Shown here piece by piece: positions 17,251 through 26,681 of a stretch of 64,000 nt of DNA. The notes under the pieces were generated by a model. It was not told the origin of the DNA, ran no database searches, and saw only the letters and a program-made list of their open reading frames with translations. The position numbers and the translations under genes were made by a program. The stretch's first letter is position 1. Every line of letters starts with the position of its first letter. This DNA is from Nevskiales bacterium (GTDB lineage Bacteria; Pseudomonadota; Gammaproteobacteria; Nevskiales; JBOICV01): positions 7,118-71,117 of the forward strand of contig JBOICV010000051.1 of NCBI GenBank assembly GCA_050740255.1, given 5' to 3'.

Positions 17251-19005
17251 ATGAACAAGTACAGCCTGGTCATTCGCAATGGACAGATCGTGGACGGCAG
17301 CGGCGCGGCGCGCTATGTCGCCGACCTTGGCATCGCCGCCGGGCGCATCGCGCGGATCGCGCCGACGGGAGCCATCCCTTCCAGCGAGGCGGATGAATCT
17401 ATTGACGCCACGGGGCTGATCGTCGCGCCGGGCGTGATTGATCTGCACACGCACTACGACGCGCAGATCCACTGGGACCCGTACTGCACGACGTCGTCGT
17501 GGCACGGCACCACCAGCGTGGTGGTCGGCAATTGCGGTTTCGGTTTCGCACCCTGCCCGCCGGAGCTGCGCGAGCGCTACATGCAGATGATGGTGAACAC
17601 CGAGCAGATCGCCTATAACGCGATGCGCGCTACGCTGCCCTGGAACTGGGTGACCTATCCCGAATGGATGGCGCGCCTCAAGCAGAAAACCAAGGGCATC
17701 AACATCGGCAGCTACCTGCCGCTGAATTCGCTGATGATGTTTGTAATGGGCGCCGACGCCGCGAAAACGCGCGCGGCGACGGCCGCCGAACGCGCGCGCA
17801 TGCGTGCACTGCTGCACGAAGCGATGGACTGTGGTGCCATCGGTTTCGGGTTCTCGCATCTGGGGCAAATGAACAGTCACAAGGACTTCGACGGCTCGCC
17901 GATGCCGACCGACACGATGGCGGTGGAGGAGGCCTACAACCTCGCCGATGTGCTGCGGGAGCGCGGCGAAGGCTGCATCCAGGCCTTGTGCGAATTGCCG
18001 GGAATGCCCAATCGCCAGGTAGTCGAGGAACTGGCGCGGCGCTCAGGCCGGCCGGTGATTCACAACGTCATCGCCGTGCTCGACCTGATGCCGGATTTTC
18101 ACACCGGCGTGATGCAGTGGCTGGATAGCTGCGTCGCACGCGGCCTCGACATCTACAGCCAGGCGCTGTCCACGCGTGTGTGGACCGAGTTCCGGCTGCT
18201 CGAATACAACGCCTGGGATCAAGTGCCGGTGCTGGCCGAGTTCTCCAATTGCGGCCTGAGCGTCGCGGATAAATTGAAGAAGGCGGGCGACGCGGATTGG
18301 CGCGCGCGACTGCGCAGCCAGTACCAGCCGGCGATGATGGTCATTGCTGGCGGACCCTTTGAAAGTTTCTACCTGCACGACGCCAAGGCTGCGCCGGCTT
18401 ACGAAAAGTTCGAGGGGCAGTTGCTCGGCGAGATTGCCGCGCAACTCGGCGTCGCGGTGACGGATCTGATCTTCGACATCGGCATCGCCAGCGGCATGCT
18501 GGCTGATTTTCGCACCAGTATCGCCACCAGCCAGGACCCGGACAAAGTCGCCGCCATGCTGTTGCACCCGCGTGTGCTGATCGGCACCTCCGACGGCGGC
18601 GCGCACGGCAAGTTCTACAGCGGTGGCCATTTCTCGACCGATGCACTCACTTGGCTGGTGCGCGAGGAGAAGCGCATCGGACTGGAAGCGATGCATCAGA
18701 AATTGAGCAGCCTGCCGGCGCGTGTCCTTGGGCTCGACCGCCGCGGCGAGTTGCGCGAGGGCTGGGCCGCTGATCTGATGATCTACGACTACGAACGGCT
18801 CGACTACACGCGCAACCGCTACCTCGTCGCGCACGATGTGCCCGGTGACGAGTGGCGGCGCGTGGTGCCGGTGCGCGGCATTGATTGGGTCGTGGTCAAT
18901 GGTCAGGCGATTTTCCGCAATAACAACTGTCAGGGCGCCGTGCCGGGACAAGTTCTGAGCCTGTCGCGACGGGCTCATGCACGGACAACCGCGGTGAACG
19001 TCTGA
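17251..19005 (+). CDS. N-acyl-D-amino-acid deacylase (D-aminoacylase) family amidohydrolase
   Basis: N-terminus IRNGQIVDGSG...ADLGIAAGRIARI...DATGLIVAPGVIDLHTHYD, typical of the D-aminoacylase/amidohydrolase-3 family. No signal peptide. Confidence 0.85.
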   Translation: MNKYSLVIRNGQIVDGSGAARYVADLGIAAGRIARIAPTGAIPSSEADESIDATGLIVAPGVIDLHTHYDAQIHWDPYCTTSSWHGTTSVVVGNCGFGFAPCPPELRERYMQMMVNTEQIAYNAMRATLPWNWVTYPEWMARLKQKTKGINIGSYLPLNSLMMFVMGADAAKTRAATAAERARMRALLHEAMDCGAIGFGFSHLGQMNSHKDFDGSPMPTDTMAVEEAYNLADVLRERGEGCIQALCELPGMPNRQVVEELARRSGRPVIHNVIAVLDLMPDFHTGVMQWLDSCVARGLDIYSQALSTRVWTEFRLLEYNAWDQVPVLAEFSNCGLSVADKLKKAGDADWRARLRSQYQPAMMVIAGGPFESFYLHDAKAAPAYEKFEGQLLGEIAAQLGVAVTDLIFDIGIASGMLADFRTSIATSQDPDKVAAMLLHPRVLIGTSDGGAHGKFYSGGHFSTDALTWLVREEKRIGLEAMHQKLSSLPARVLGLDRRGELREGWAADLMIYDYERLDYTRNRYLVAHDVPGDEWRRVVPVRGIDWVVVNGQAIFRNNNCQGAVPGQVLSLSRRAHARTTAVNV

Positions 19006-19069
19006 GATTCGGCTGCCGCGCGCACCGCGTGCGGCGACGGCAGAAGGGCGGTGGGCTGGAGGAGATTGC

Positions 19070-21463
19070 ATGAGACCGACGAGCGCGATGCGCGGAGTCC
19101 GTCGCTGGCCGGGGGCGTTTGCCCTGCTGGCTTGCGCGATGAGCCACACGCTCCACGCTCAGGATACCGTCGCCGGATCAGAGCAAGCGGCTGTTCCGGA
19201 TCCGGTGCAGTCTGGCGGCGCTGCCGAGCAAACCGCGCCGCTGCCGACAATCCCGGTCGAGTTGAGCGCCTCGGGTCCGAAAGAGGACGCCGTCGTCCGC
19301 GAGCCGGAATCGGTTCTGATCGAGGAAATCGTGGTCACCGCGCAAAAGCGCGTGCAGACCTTGCAGGATATTCCGATTGCCGCCAGCGTTATCCGCGCCG
19401 ACGACATTCAGCAGGCGCAGATCGTTTCCCTCTCCGACCTCTCGAACCGGCTGTCGGGATTTCATTTCGGCGAAATCGCCGGCGGCGGGCAGGCGTCAAT
19501 CCGCGGCGTTGGATTCTCCCTGGTCACCGGCGCGGGCGAGGGCTCGGTGGCGGTGCACTCCGACGGTTTGTTTCTGTCACGGCCGGGTTCGATCACGATG
19601 TTGCAGGAGGACATCGCCCGCATCGAGGTGTTGCGCGGACCCCAGGGCACTTTGTACGGGCGCAACGCGACGGCCGGCGTGGTTAATCTGAGTACGCCGG
19701 AGCCGCCGGAGCAGTTCGAGGCCGGCGGCGGCGCACTGACCGGCGACATCGGGCGCCGCAAGTACAGCCTGCATCTGGGCGATAGTTTCGCCGACGGCGC
19801 GTTGCGGCTGCGCGTGAGCGGCGTGACCGACCGCATCGGGGACTATTTCATCAACGAACGATTTCCCGGCGTGGACTATGGGTCGTCGCATCAGGACGGA
19901 TTCCGGCTCGCGGGCGACTGGCTGGCCGCCGACGCGCTTAAGTTGGAGCTGCGCGCCTTTCTGGCCGAGCAAGACTTCGCCGGTCCGCTCTACTCCGCCT
20001 ACAAGCCGCCGGCCAACGCCGTGCTGGCGCCGCCCGGCACCTATTCGAACCAGCCGTATGGAACCCGCGTCAACACCCGAGGCGTTTCGAGCAAGGATCT
20101 GACCGGCGGATCGCTCAAGGCGATCTGGAATCTGGCCGATGAGCTGACACTGAGCAGCCAGACTGGATACGTCAAGTTCGAGTTTGATTCTCCGGAAGGC
20201 TATGACGGCGATGGCACCAGCAACGACATCTTTCGCACCTTCCGCTTCAATCCCTCGCGCACCTTCACCGAGGAGCTGAATCTGAATTTCGAATCGCGCG
20301 ACTGGCAGTGGTTGCTCGGCGCTTTTTTTCTGAAAGAGAAAATCACGTTGAACTTTGACGTGGACCTTGCAGTCAGCGGCGTCGCCAATACGGTGCTATC
20401 GAATCTGCTGCCCGGTCTCGATCCGAATCTGTTGGAACAGCTGCTGGCCGTTGCGGGCCAGAACCAGAAGCTCGACATCCAGAATTACAGCGCCGAGAAA
20501 ACCACCAGCTGGGCGGTGTTCGGTGACACGACCTACTCGATCCTGAAAGACCTGCGCGTGTTTGGCGGTCTGCGCTATCTCAAGGATCGTAAATCGCAAG
20601 TCCTCACCAGTCGCATATTCCCGCGCGCTACACCGCAGGTCGGCGTGACCAACTGTCAGGACCTGACGACGCCCTTCGACGACAGCGCAGCCACCAGCCG
20701 GATTGGCCTGCAGTACGACCTGGCTGCGGAAGTGAAAAGCTACGCGCAGTACTCCACCGGCTATAAGAGCGGGGGGTTTTCCGTGGCCGCCTGCGGCGAC
20801 ACCTTCAAGCCGGAGCAGGTGAAAGCCTATGAAGTCGGCCTCAAGTCGAGCTGGTTGCAGCGGCGCGTGCGTTTCAACGCGGCAGCGTTTCTCTACGGCT
20901 ACAAAAATCTGCAGGTTGAGGAAGTAGTGCTGCCCTCGGTGATTATCAACAATGCGCAGGCCAGGGTCCGCGGCGGCGAATTTGAAGTGAGCGCGCTACC
21001 GTTTCAGACGCTGGAGCTGGGCGTGAATGCGACTTTCCTCGACGCGCGCTACACCGATTTTGTGAACGCAGACAACACCGACGGCGTTCTCGGCGGCCCC
21101 GATCAGCAACTGGCGGGAAATTACCTGAACCGCTCGCCGAAAGTGGCACTGGCCTTGTCTGGCCAGTACACCGTGAGACTCGACCGCTGGGGTTCGCTGA
21201 TCGGCCGCGTCGAAGGCAATTACAACAGCCGCGCCTACCTGCGCGAATTCAATAACAGTACGGACTATCAGGATGCGCACTGGATCCTGAACGGTTATCT
21301 CAACTATCTCGGCCCGGCGAACAGCTTACAGCTGCGCGGCTTTGTCAAGAACGCGACCAACGAGCCGGTGCTCGGCGGATTTCTCGGCATTGCCGGCTAC
21401 AAGGCCGCATCGTTCAATCCACCGCGTACGATCGGCATCGAACTGGCCTACAGCTTCCCGTGA
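19070..21463 (+). CDS. TonB-dependent outer-membrane receptor
   Basis: Signal peptide, plug region EEIVVTAQKRVQTLQDIPIAASV and a beta-barrel C-terminus (...IGIELAYSFP). Confidence 0.9.
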   Translation: MRPTSAMRGVRRWPGAFALLACAMSHTLHAQDTVAGSEQAAVPDPVQSGGAAEQTAPLPTIPVELSASGPKEDAVVREPESVLIEEIVVTAQKRVQTLQDIPIAASVIRADDIQQAQIVSLSDLSNRLSGFHFGEIAGGGQASIRGVGFSLVTGAGEGSVAVHSDGLFLSRPGSITMLQEDIARIEVLRGPQGTLYGRNATAGVVNLSTPEPPEQFEAGGGALTGDIGRRKYSLHLGDSFADGALRLRVSGVTDRIGDYFINERFPGVDYGSSHQDGFRLAGDWLAADALKLELRAFLAEQDFAGPLYSAYKPPANAVLAPPGTYSNQPYGTRVNTRGVSSKDLTGGSLKAIWNLADELTLSSQTGYVKFEFDSPEGYDGDGTSNDIFRTFRFNPSRTFTEELNLNFESRDWQWLLGAFFLKEKITLNFDVDLAVSGVANTVLSNLLPGLDPNLLEQLLAVAGQNQKLDIQNYSAEKTTSWAVFGDTTYSILKDLRVFGGLRYLKDRKSQVLTSRIFPRATPQVGVTNCQDLTTPFDDSAATSRIGLQYDLAAEVKSYAQYSTGYKSGGFSVAACGDTFKPEQVKAYEVGLKSSWLQRRVRFNAAAFLYGYKNLQVEEVVLPSVIINNAQARVRGGEFEVSALPFQTLELGVNATFLDARYTDFVNADNTDGVLGGPDQQLAGNYLNRSPKVALALSGQYTVRLDRWGSLIGRVEGNYNSRAYLREFNNSTDYQDAHWILNGYLNYLGPANSLQLRGFVKNATNEPVLGGFLGIAGYKAASFNPPRTIGIELAYSFP

Positions 21464-23982
21464 ATACGACAGCCGCAACGACACGCGAGCGGCGTGCAAG
21501 GCCAAGTCTGATCCGCGCGCTGGATGAAGCACTCGACGAGCAGCAGTTTGGCGGCAAGGCAGCGTCGCTGTCGCGGGCCGTACGCGCAGGCCTGCCGGTG
21601 CCCGCGGGTTTTGCGCTGAGCACCGAAGCGGTGGCGAATGTCTGTACGAGCGCGGCGCCGGAAGCTCTCGCGCAATTCCTGCAAATGTTTCTCGGGCCGG
21701 TTGCGGTACGTTCGTCGGCGCTCGGAGAGGACTCGTCGCAGGCAAGTTTCGCGGGCCAGCACCACACCGAGCTGGGCGTGGTCGGGGCGGACGCGATCAT
21801 CGCAGCCATTGCGAAGGTGAAGGCTTCGGGCAGCAGCGCCGCGGCGCTCGACTACCGGCAGCGCATGCGGCTTGAGGGACAGGCGCAGGTCGCGGTGGTG
21901 GTGCAGCGCATGGTTCGCGCCGAGCGCGCCGGCGTCTTGTTCACGCGTAACCCGGTCACTGGCGCGCGCGAGTTTGTGATTGAGGCAGCACAGGGCCTCG
22001 GCGAAATGCTGGTGGGTGGCCGCGCGACGCCGGCGCGTTACCGGCTCGCCGATGACGGTGCCTTGATTGAGTTTCAGCCCGGACAGCAGACGCAGGCGCT
22101 GGTGCTTGGCGCAGACGGTCGCGTGACGCCGCGCCCGCTTGATGTGCCGCAACTCGGCGCCGATTGTTTGTCGCAAGCGGCGCTCACGGCGCTGATGGAA
22201 CTCGGCCGGCGCTGCGAGGAAGTTTATGGTGCGCCGCAAGACCTTGAGTGGGCGATTGAGGACGGCGCGCTGTTCCTGCTGCAATCGCGGCCCATCACCA
22301 CGCTGGGCGATCCGGTGTTCGAGAAGCTGCTGCGCTCGCGCAATGTGCTGAACGGCGACGCGGGCGCCGGCGTGTTGTGGTCGCGCGTCAATGTCGGTGA
22401 GGCGATTCCGGGCACCGTCCGCGCGCTGACCGCCGGCTTCCACCGCGACAGCATCGAGCTCAGTCCACAGCGGATGTTCCAGCGCATGGGTGTATTTCCC
22501 GCAGGTCCGGTGCGCAGGCCCGAGCGCGCCGCGGAAAACCCCTCGCAGTTCCTGTGCGGCAAGATGACGATCAACGTGGATTACATGCGCGCCATCGCCG
22601 ATCGCATCCCCGGCACCAGCGGCGATGCGCTGGAAGAGGCCGCATTGGGCCGTGTGCGTCACGGCGTGAAGAGCCGGCCTGAACGCCGCCGCTATCCGAT
22701 CATCGCCGCCAAGCTGTTGTGGATCATCGCCACGCTGCCGCGCCGGCTCGAGCGCCTGCACGAGGAAACGCATCGCTGGTGGCACGCACGCACGCGCGAA
22801 GTGGCGTCGGCCGATCTGACTCGCGCCGTCGCGGTGTTCGAGGAGAGTTGCGAACGCTACGCGCGTATCATCATCAATCAGGGCTTGATCGCGACGCTCA
22901 GCACCGGTTTCTGGGACCCGGTCGCCCGCCTGGTGCGCCGCATCGGCAGCGAGGATGATCTGCTGCAGCTCACCGCCGGCTACGGCAATGTGCTGGAGAC
23001 GCGGATGCTGGAACGCCTCTGGGATGTTTCACGCGGTCGCGGAACCCTCGACAGTTTTCTCGCCGAGTACGGCTACCTCGCCGCCAGCGCCGGCGAGTTG
23101 GCGCATCCAAGCTGGCGTGAGGACCGCCGCACGCTGGAGCAGATCGTCGCCTGCTACACCGGCCAGCCGGAATCCGGGCAACCCGCAATACGCCAGCGTG
23201 CAACTCGCGCGGCGCATCTGCAGGCGCGCGCGCGCGTGCTGGCGGCAGCGCCCTGGCATCTGCGCATCGCGTTGCGCATGAGCCTGCGACTCGCCGGCCG
23301 CATGCTGCCGATCCGCGAAGTCGGCAAGGCCTGCATGGTGATGGGCACCGACGTGGGCCGCGCCGCCGCGCGTCGTGCCGGTGCGCTGCTGGCGCAGCGC
23401 GGCGACATCGCTGGCGCCGACGACGTTTTCCATCTCACACCCTCGGAGTTGCGCGATTCGGTGTGCGTGGTCGCCGACCGGCGCAAGGCCGTTGCGCAGC
23501 TCAAGCGCCTGCATGATTTCTATTCCAGCGTCGAACTGCCGGATTTCTTCACCTCGGAGCAATTGTCGGAGATCCTGCGCAAGAAGATCGAAATTGCTGA
23601 AAACACCGAGCCTGTCGCCGCTTTGAGCGATGCGCTACAGATTCGCGCTATTGGCGTCAGCCGCGGCCGCCACAGCGGCATCGCGCGCGTCATCACTGAT
23701 CCCAACGCGGTGGCGCGCTTCGATCCGGGCGACGTGTTGGTCTGCAACATCACCGATCCGGGCTGGGCCGCGCTGTTCTCCATCGCTGGCGCCATGGTCG
23801 TGGACATCGGCGGCATGCTCAGCCACAGCGCCATCATCGCGCGCGAGCTGGGCATCCCGGCGGTGGTCAACACGCGCGACGGCAGCCGCCGCATCCCGGA
23901 CGGCGCGCGCCTGAGCGTGGACGGCGCCACCGGTATCGTCACCGTATTGCCCGACGAAATCTTGCAGGAGACAGTCGCATGA
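21460..23982 (+). CDS. PEP-utilising phosphotransferase with rifampicin-phosphotransferase-like architecture
   Basis: N-terminal PPDK_N/ATP-grasp (GGKAASLSRAVRAGLPVPAGF, DLEWAIEDGALFLLQSRPIT). C-terminal swivelling His domain (GDVLVCNITDPGWAALF...GGMLSHSAIIARELGIPAVV). No PEP/pyruvate TIM barrel. The GTG start overlaps the TBDR stop (GTGA). Confidence 0.8.
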   Translation: MNTTAATTRERRARPSLIRALDEALDEQQFGGKAASLSRAVRAGLPVPAGFALSTEAVANVCTSAAPEALAQFLQMFLGPVAVRSSALGEDSSQASFAGQHHTELGVVGADAIIAAIAKVKASGSSAAALDYRQRMRLEGQAQVAVVVQRMVRAERAGVLFTRNPVTGAREFVIEAAQGLGEMLVGGRATPARYRLADDGALIEFQPGQQTQALVLGADGRVTPRPLDVPQLGADCLSQAALTALMELGRRCEEVYGAPQDLEWAIEDGALFLLQSRPITTLGDPVFEKLLRSRNVLNGDAGAGVLWSRVNVGEAIPGTVRALTAGFHRDSIELSPQRMFQRMGVFPAGPVRRPERAAENPSQFLCGKMTINVDYMRAIADRIPGTSGDALEEAALGRVRHGVKSRPERRRYPIIAAKLLWIIATLPRRLERLHEETHRWWHARTREVASADLTRAVAVFEESCERYARIIINQGLIATLSTGFWDPVARLVRRIGSEDDLLQLTAGYGNVLETRMLERLWDVSRGRGTLDSFLAEYGYLAASAGELAHPSWREDRRTLEQIVACYTGQPESGQPAIRQRATRAAHLQARARVLAAAPWHLRIALRMSLRLAGRMLPIREVGKACMVMGTDVGRAAARRAGALLAQRGDIAGADDVFHLTPSELRDSVCVVADRRKAVAQLKRLHDFYSSVELPDFFTSEQLSEILRKKIEIAENTEPVAALSDALQIRAIGVSRGRHSGIARVITDPNAVARFDPGDVLVCNITDPGWAALFSIAGAMVVDIGGMLSHSAIIARELGIPAVVNTRDGSRRIPDGARLSVDGATGIVTVLPDEILQETVA

Positions 23983-24965
23983 ATCTCTACAGCGACGAGG
24001 ACTTTATCCACCCCATCGGCGCCGATGCCGATTGGCAGGAATCCGTGGTGCTGATCTTCAGCGATGAAGCCAGCGGACTCGCGGGATTTTTCCGCATCGG
24101 CTCGGAACCCAACTTGGGTTTGTCGCAAGTTTATTTCAACCTGGTCTCGCGTGACGGTCTGCGCTTTCGTCACAACCCCTTCGATCTGGCGATGCAGCCG
24201 GGCGACCGCACGGCGGACGGTTTCGCCGCCGAGTCATTGCACTGGCGTATCCCGAAGCGAGAGTTCGTGCACTTGACGGGAACGCATGGCGAAGTTTCCG
24301 TCGATCTTCGCCTGCACGATTTCTATCCTTCGACGCCGTGGCAGATGCTCGGCACTGGCGGCCTGGAGAAACTGGCGCCGGGGCACGTCGAAAGCTCCGG
24401 CCGCGTGGAAGGACGCGTCGTCGTCGGCGACCGGGTGTTCACAATCGACAATGCATTGGGTCACCGCGATCATTCCTGGGGCCGCAGGGACGTGCGCGTC
24501 ATGCGCAGTTTCCGTTGGGTGGCTGGCACCTGTGGGCCACAGCTTTCGTTCAGTGGCTTAGTGCTGCACATGGCCGACGGCCATTTCATGCGCGCCGGTT
24601 TCATCCGGCGCAACGACGTGCTGTGCCCCCTGCGCGATTTTGACGTGCTTGCGCAGGTAAACCCCGATGGGCTGACCGTCCGCGGCGGCACGGCCGAGTG
24701 GACGCTCGCCGACGGCGCCCGTGTTGTGCTTGAAGCCTCAGTCATCGACGGCGTCATCACTTCCTACCGCTCCGATCACGGTGGCCGAGGCAGTCACATC
24801 GGGGTGGAGGGATTGTCGGTCGCGCGCTGTGGAGCGTTGAACGGCTTCTGCGATTTCAACGTCAGTAACAACCTCGCAGGCGGCGAACAACCGGCGCCCA
24901 GCGTCTGTGAAGAATATGCAACGCTGAAGTCAGGGCTGAGCACGCGGCCGCAAAGAAATTTTTGA
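23979..24965 (+). CDS. uncharacterised protein (328 aa), translationally coupled to the kinase
   Basis: ATGA overlap with the upstream stop. G/C-rich third positions. Conserved-looking GHRDHSWGRRD. I cannot name a family. Confidence 0.6.
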   Translation: MNLYSDEDFIHPIGADADWQESVVLIFSDEASGLAGFFRIGSEPNLGLSQVYFNLVSRDGLRFRHNPFDLAMQPGDRTADGFAAESLHWRIPKREFVHLTGTHGEVSVDLRLHDFYPSTPWQMLGTGGLEKLAPGHVESSGRVEGRVVVGDRVFTIDNALGHRDHSWGRRDVRVMRSFRWVAGTCGPQLSFSGLVLHMADGHFMRAGFIRRNDVLCPLRDFDVLAQVNPDGLTVRGGTAEWTLADGARVVLEASVIDGVITSYRSDHGGRGSHIGVEGLSVARCGALNGFCDFNVSNNLAGGEQPAPSVCEEYATLKSGLSTRPQRNF

Positions 24966-25290
24966 AGCTGCCGGTGGCGCAACCCGTGCCCGGACGACGC
25001 ATCGAAAAACGGCGCCGGCGAATCCTGACGCACGATTTCACCGTGATTCATGAACAGCACGCGCTGCGCCACCGCGCGGACGAATCCCATCTCGTGTGTC
25101 GCCACCAGCATGGTCATGCCTTCGAGCGCGAGTTGCCTCATAACGTCCAGCGCTTCGCCATCCATGCGGATTTCGCCGCCACTGATTAATTCCAGCCCAT
25201 TGAGCACGCGCAGCAATGTGGACCTGCCGGAACCACTGGGGCCACTCCAGGGGGCCGCGAAACAATCTCGCTTAATACGGATCAGTCTGC
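24940..25290 (-). pseudogene. decayed polar-amino-acid-type ABC transporter ATPase
   Basis: Walker A SGPSGSGRSTLLRVLNGLE..GGEIRMDGE is joined directly to the post-Walker-B end ALDVMRQLALEGMTMLVATHEMGFVRAVAQRVLFMNHGEIV. The Q-loop, signature motif and Walker B are missing. No start codon. The 3' end is overlapped by the convergent gene that ends at 24965. Confidence 0.7.
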
Positions 25291-25304
25291 GTGAGATCGC
25301 TTCG

Positions 25305-26213
25305 TCACCGCGTTCCTCGCGATGACACGTTAGTCAGAGTTTCCTTGGCCGCGTTCGCCGTCGCGAGTATCCAGTCCGCGGCATCGCGCCACAGTGTGTC
25401 GCGCAATGCGTCCCTGAAGAAACCCAGGTGGCCGATACTTTTGACGCTGGCCTCCTGCGGTGCGATGCGGCGGCGCGTCAGTTGCAGATTCGGCATCTGG
25501 GCCAGTAAGGCGTCCACCGCGGCGGGCGGCGCAAAATCGGCATCGTCGGTGAACTCCAGCACCAGCGCCGGCGACCGCAGTTGCCGATAGCGCGCGGTAT
25601 CGTGGCCGTGCGCGGAATTGAACAGATAGCCCTGCGAGCGGCCCCAGCGCGCCCACTGGCGAATCACCCCCGCGGGGACATCCACCGAGGAAAGTCCCAG
25701 CCGCCGCATCGGGAAACGCGCGCGGCCGGCAGCCAGCAGCGGTGCCAGCAGATACCACAGCACCAGAATGCGCAAGCGAGCCTTGCCGCGCCACTGTGAA
25801 GCATGCGGTGCGTTGGCCGCCACCAGCACCAGCCCTGTCAGTTTTTCGGCCGCCGCGGCGAGGCCCACCAGTTGCCCGCCGGCCGAATGGCCCGCATGAA
25901 ACAGCGGTACGCCGGGGAAGCTCCGCAAACTCCAGTCCAGTACGGCGTCAATGTCCAGCCGTCCCCACTGTTCCATATCCACGGCGGCATCCTCCGCCGT
26001 GCTGCCCTGCCCTTCGCCGACGCCGCGGTAGTCGAAGGTCAGGGCGGTGATGCCGCGCTGCGAAAGATAGGCCGCGAACTTGTCGTAGAAGCGGCGCGGT
26101 ATGCCCAGACCCGCGGCGATGACCACCACTGCCCACGGCGGCACCGCGCCATGCACCGTCGCCGGCAGCATGCGTCCGTCCGCGCAGGGGATTTCGACTT
26201 GCCGCGTACTCAT
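25305..26213 (-). CDS. alpha/beta hydrolase
   Basis: I prefer the start at 26213 (MSTRQVEIP...), 302 aa. Nucleophile elbow GHSAGG. ATGA overlap with the upstream membrane-protein gene. Confidence 0.8.
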   Translation of the reverse strand: MSTRQVEIPCADGRMLPATVHGAVPPWAVVVIAAGLGIPRRFYDKFAAYLSQRGITALTFDYRGVGEGQGSTAEDAAVDMEQWGRLDIDAVLDWSLRSFPGVPLFHAGHSAGGQLVGLAAAAEKLTGLVLVAANAPHASQWRGKARLRILVLWYLLAPLLAAGRARFPMRRLGLSSVDVPAGVIRQWARWGRSQGYLFNSAHGHDTARYRQLRSPALVLEFTDDADFAPPAAVDALLAQMPNLQLTRRRIAPQEASVKSIGHLGFFRDALRDTLWRDAADWILATANAAKETLTNVSSRGTR

Positions 26214-26587
26214 GCGCCGCGCCGGGTGAGATAAATGATCAGCGCAAGGGCGAGCGCGAACGATGCGGCGCTGTCGGCGATGACGATTTTTCTGAGCTGC
26301 GGGTTGTAGTCGCCGCTTGCGAGCGCCAGCGCCACGAACGACAACATGCTGACGAATCCCGCTGCGATGGCATAGGGCCGCAGCGCCGGCGTGAAGGCCG
26401 ACAACAGGATGCAGCCGCCGATGAGCCCGAACAGCACCGCGCGGTGGCGCATCAGAATGGCCAGATTGCCGTCCGCGAAGGAGATGCCATAGAGCGCGCT
26501 GAGCTTGTCGGCGCCAAGCACACCCGCCAGCGGCGCGATATTCACGAGCCCCACCAGCAAGAGCAGTGCGATCAGAATTTTTTCCAT
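26210..26587 (-). CDS. small 4-TM membrane protein (DUF4345-like, tentative)
   Basis: 125 aa with four hydrophobic helices. Coupled to the downstream hydrolase gene. Confidence 0.6.
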   Translation of the reverse strand: MEKILIALLLLVGLVNIAPLAGVLGADKLSALYGISFADGNLAILMRHRAVLFGLIGGCILLSAFTPALRPYAIAAGFVSMLSFVALALASGDYNPQLRKIVIADSAASFALALALIIYLTRRGA

Positions 26588-26681
26588 GCGAGTTCCTATT
26601 CGTCAGGTCAGCAAGGATTGACCTCGATGGGGGTCTGGGCAATTACCTTGCAGGTAATTCTGGCGCCCTCGGACGAGTACA

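Noticed and set aside
21448-22785. 445-aa ORF antisense to the PEP-utilising kinase gene. Similar long antisense ORFs occur at 18043..19149, 14315..15469, 46831..47916, 4894..5871, 52783..53727, 39593..40147 and 23520..24173
   Set aside because: All are opposite-strand shadows of genes with clear family motifs. They are Arg/Ala-rich and lack RBS or motif support.
25305-26642. 445-aa version of the alpha/beta hydrolase ORF
   Set aside because: The first 143 residues are Arg-rich nonsense overlapping the real 125-aa membrane-protein gene (26210..26587) in another frame. The hydrolase homology begins at MSTRQVEIP (start 26213), with an ATGA overlap.
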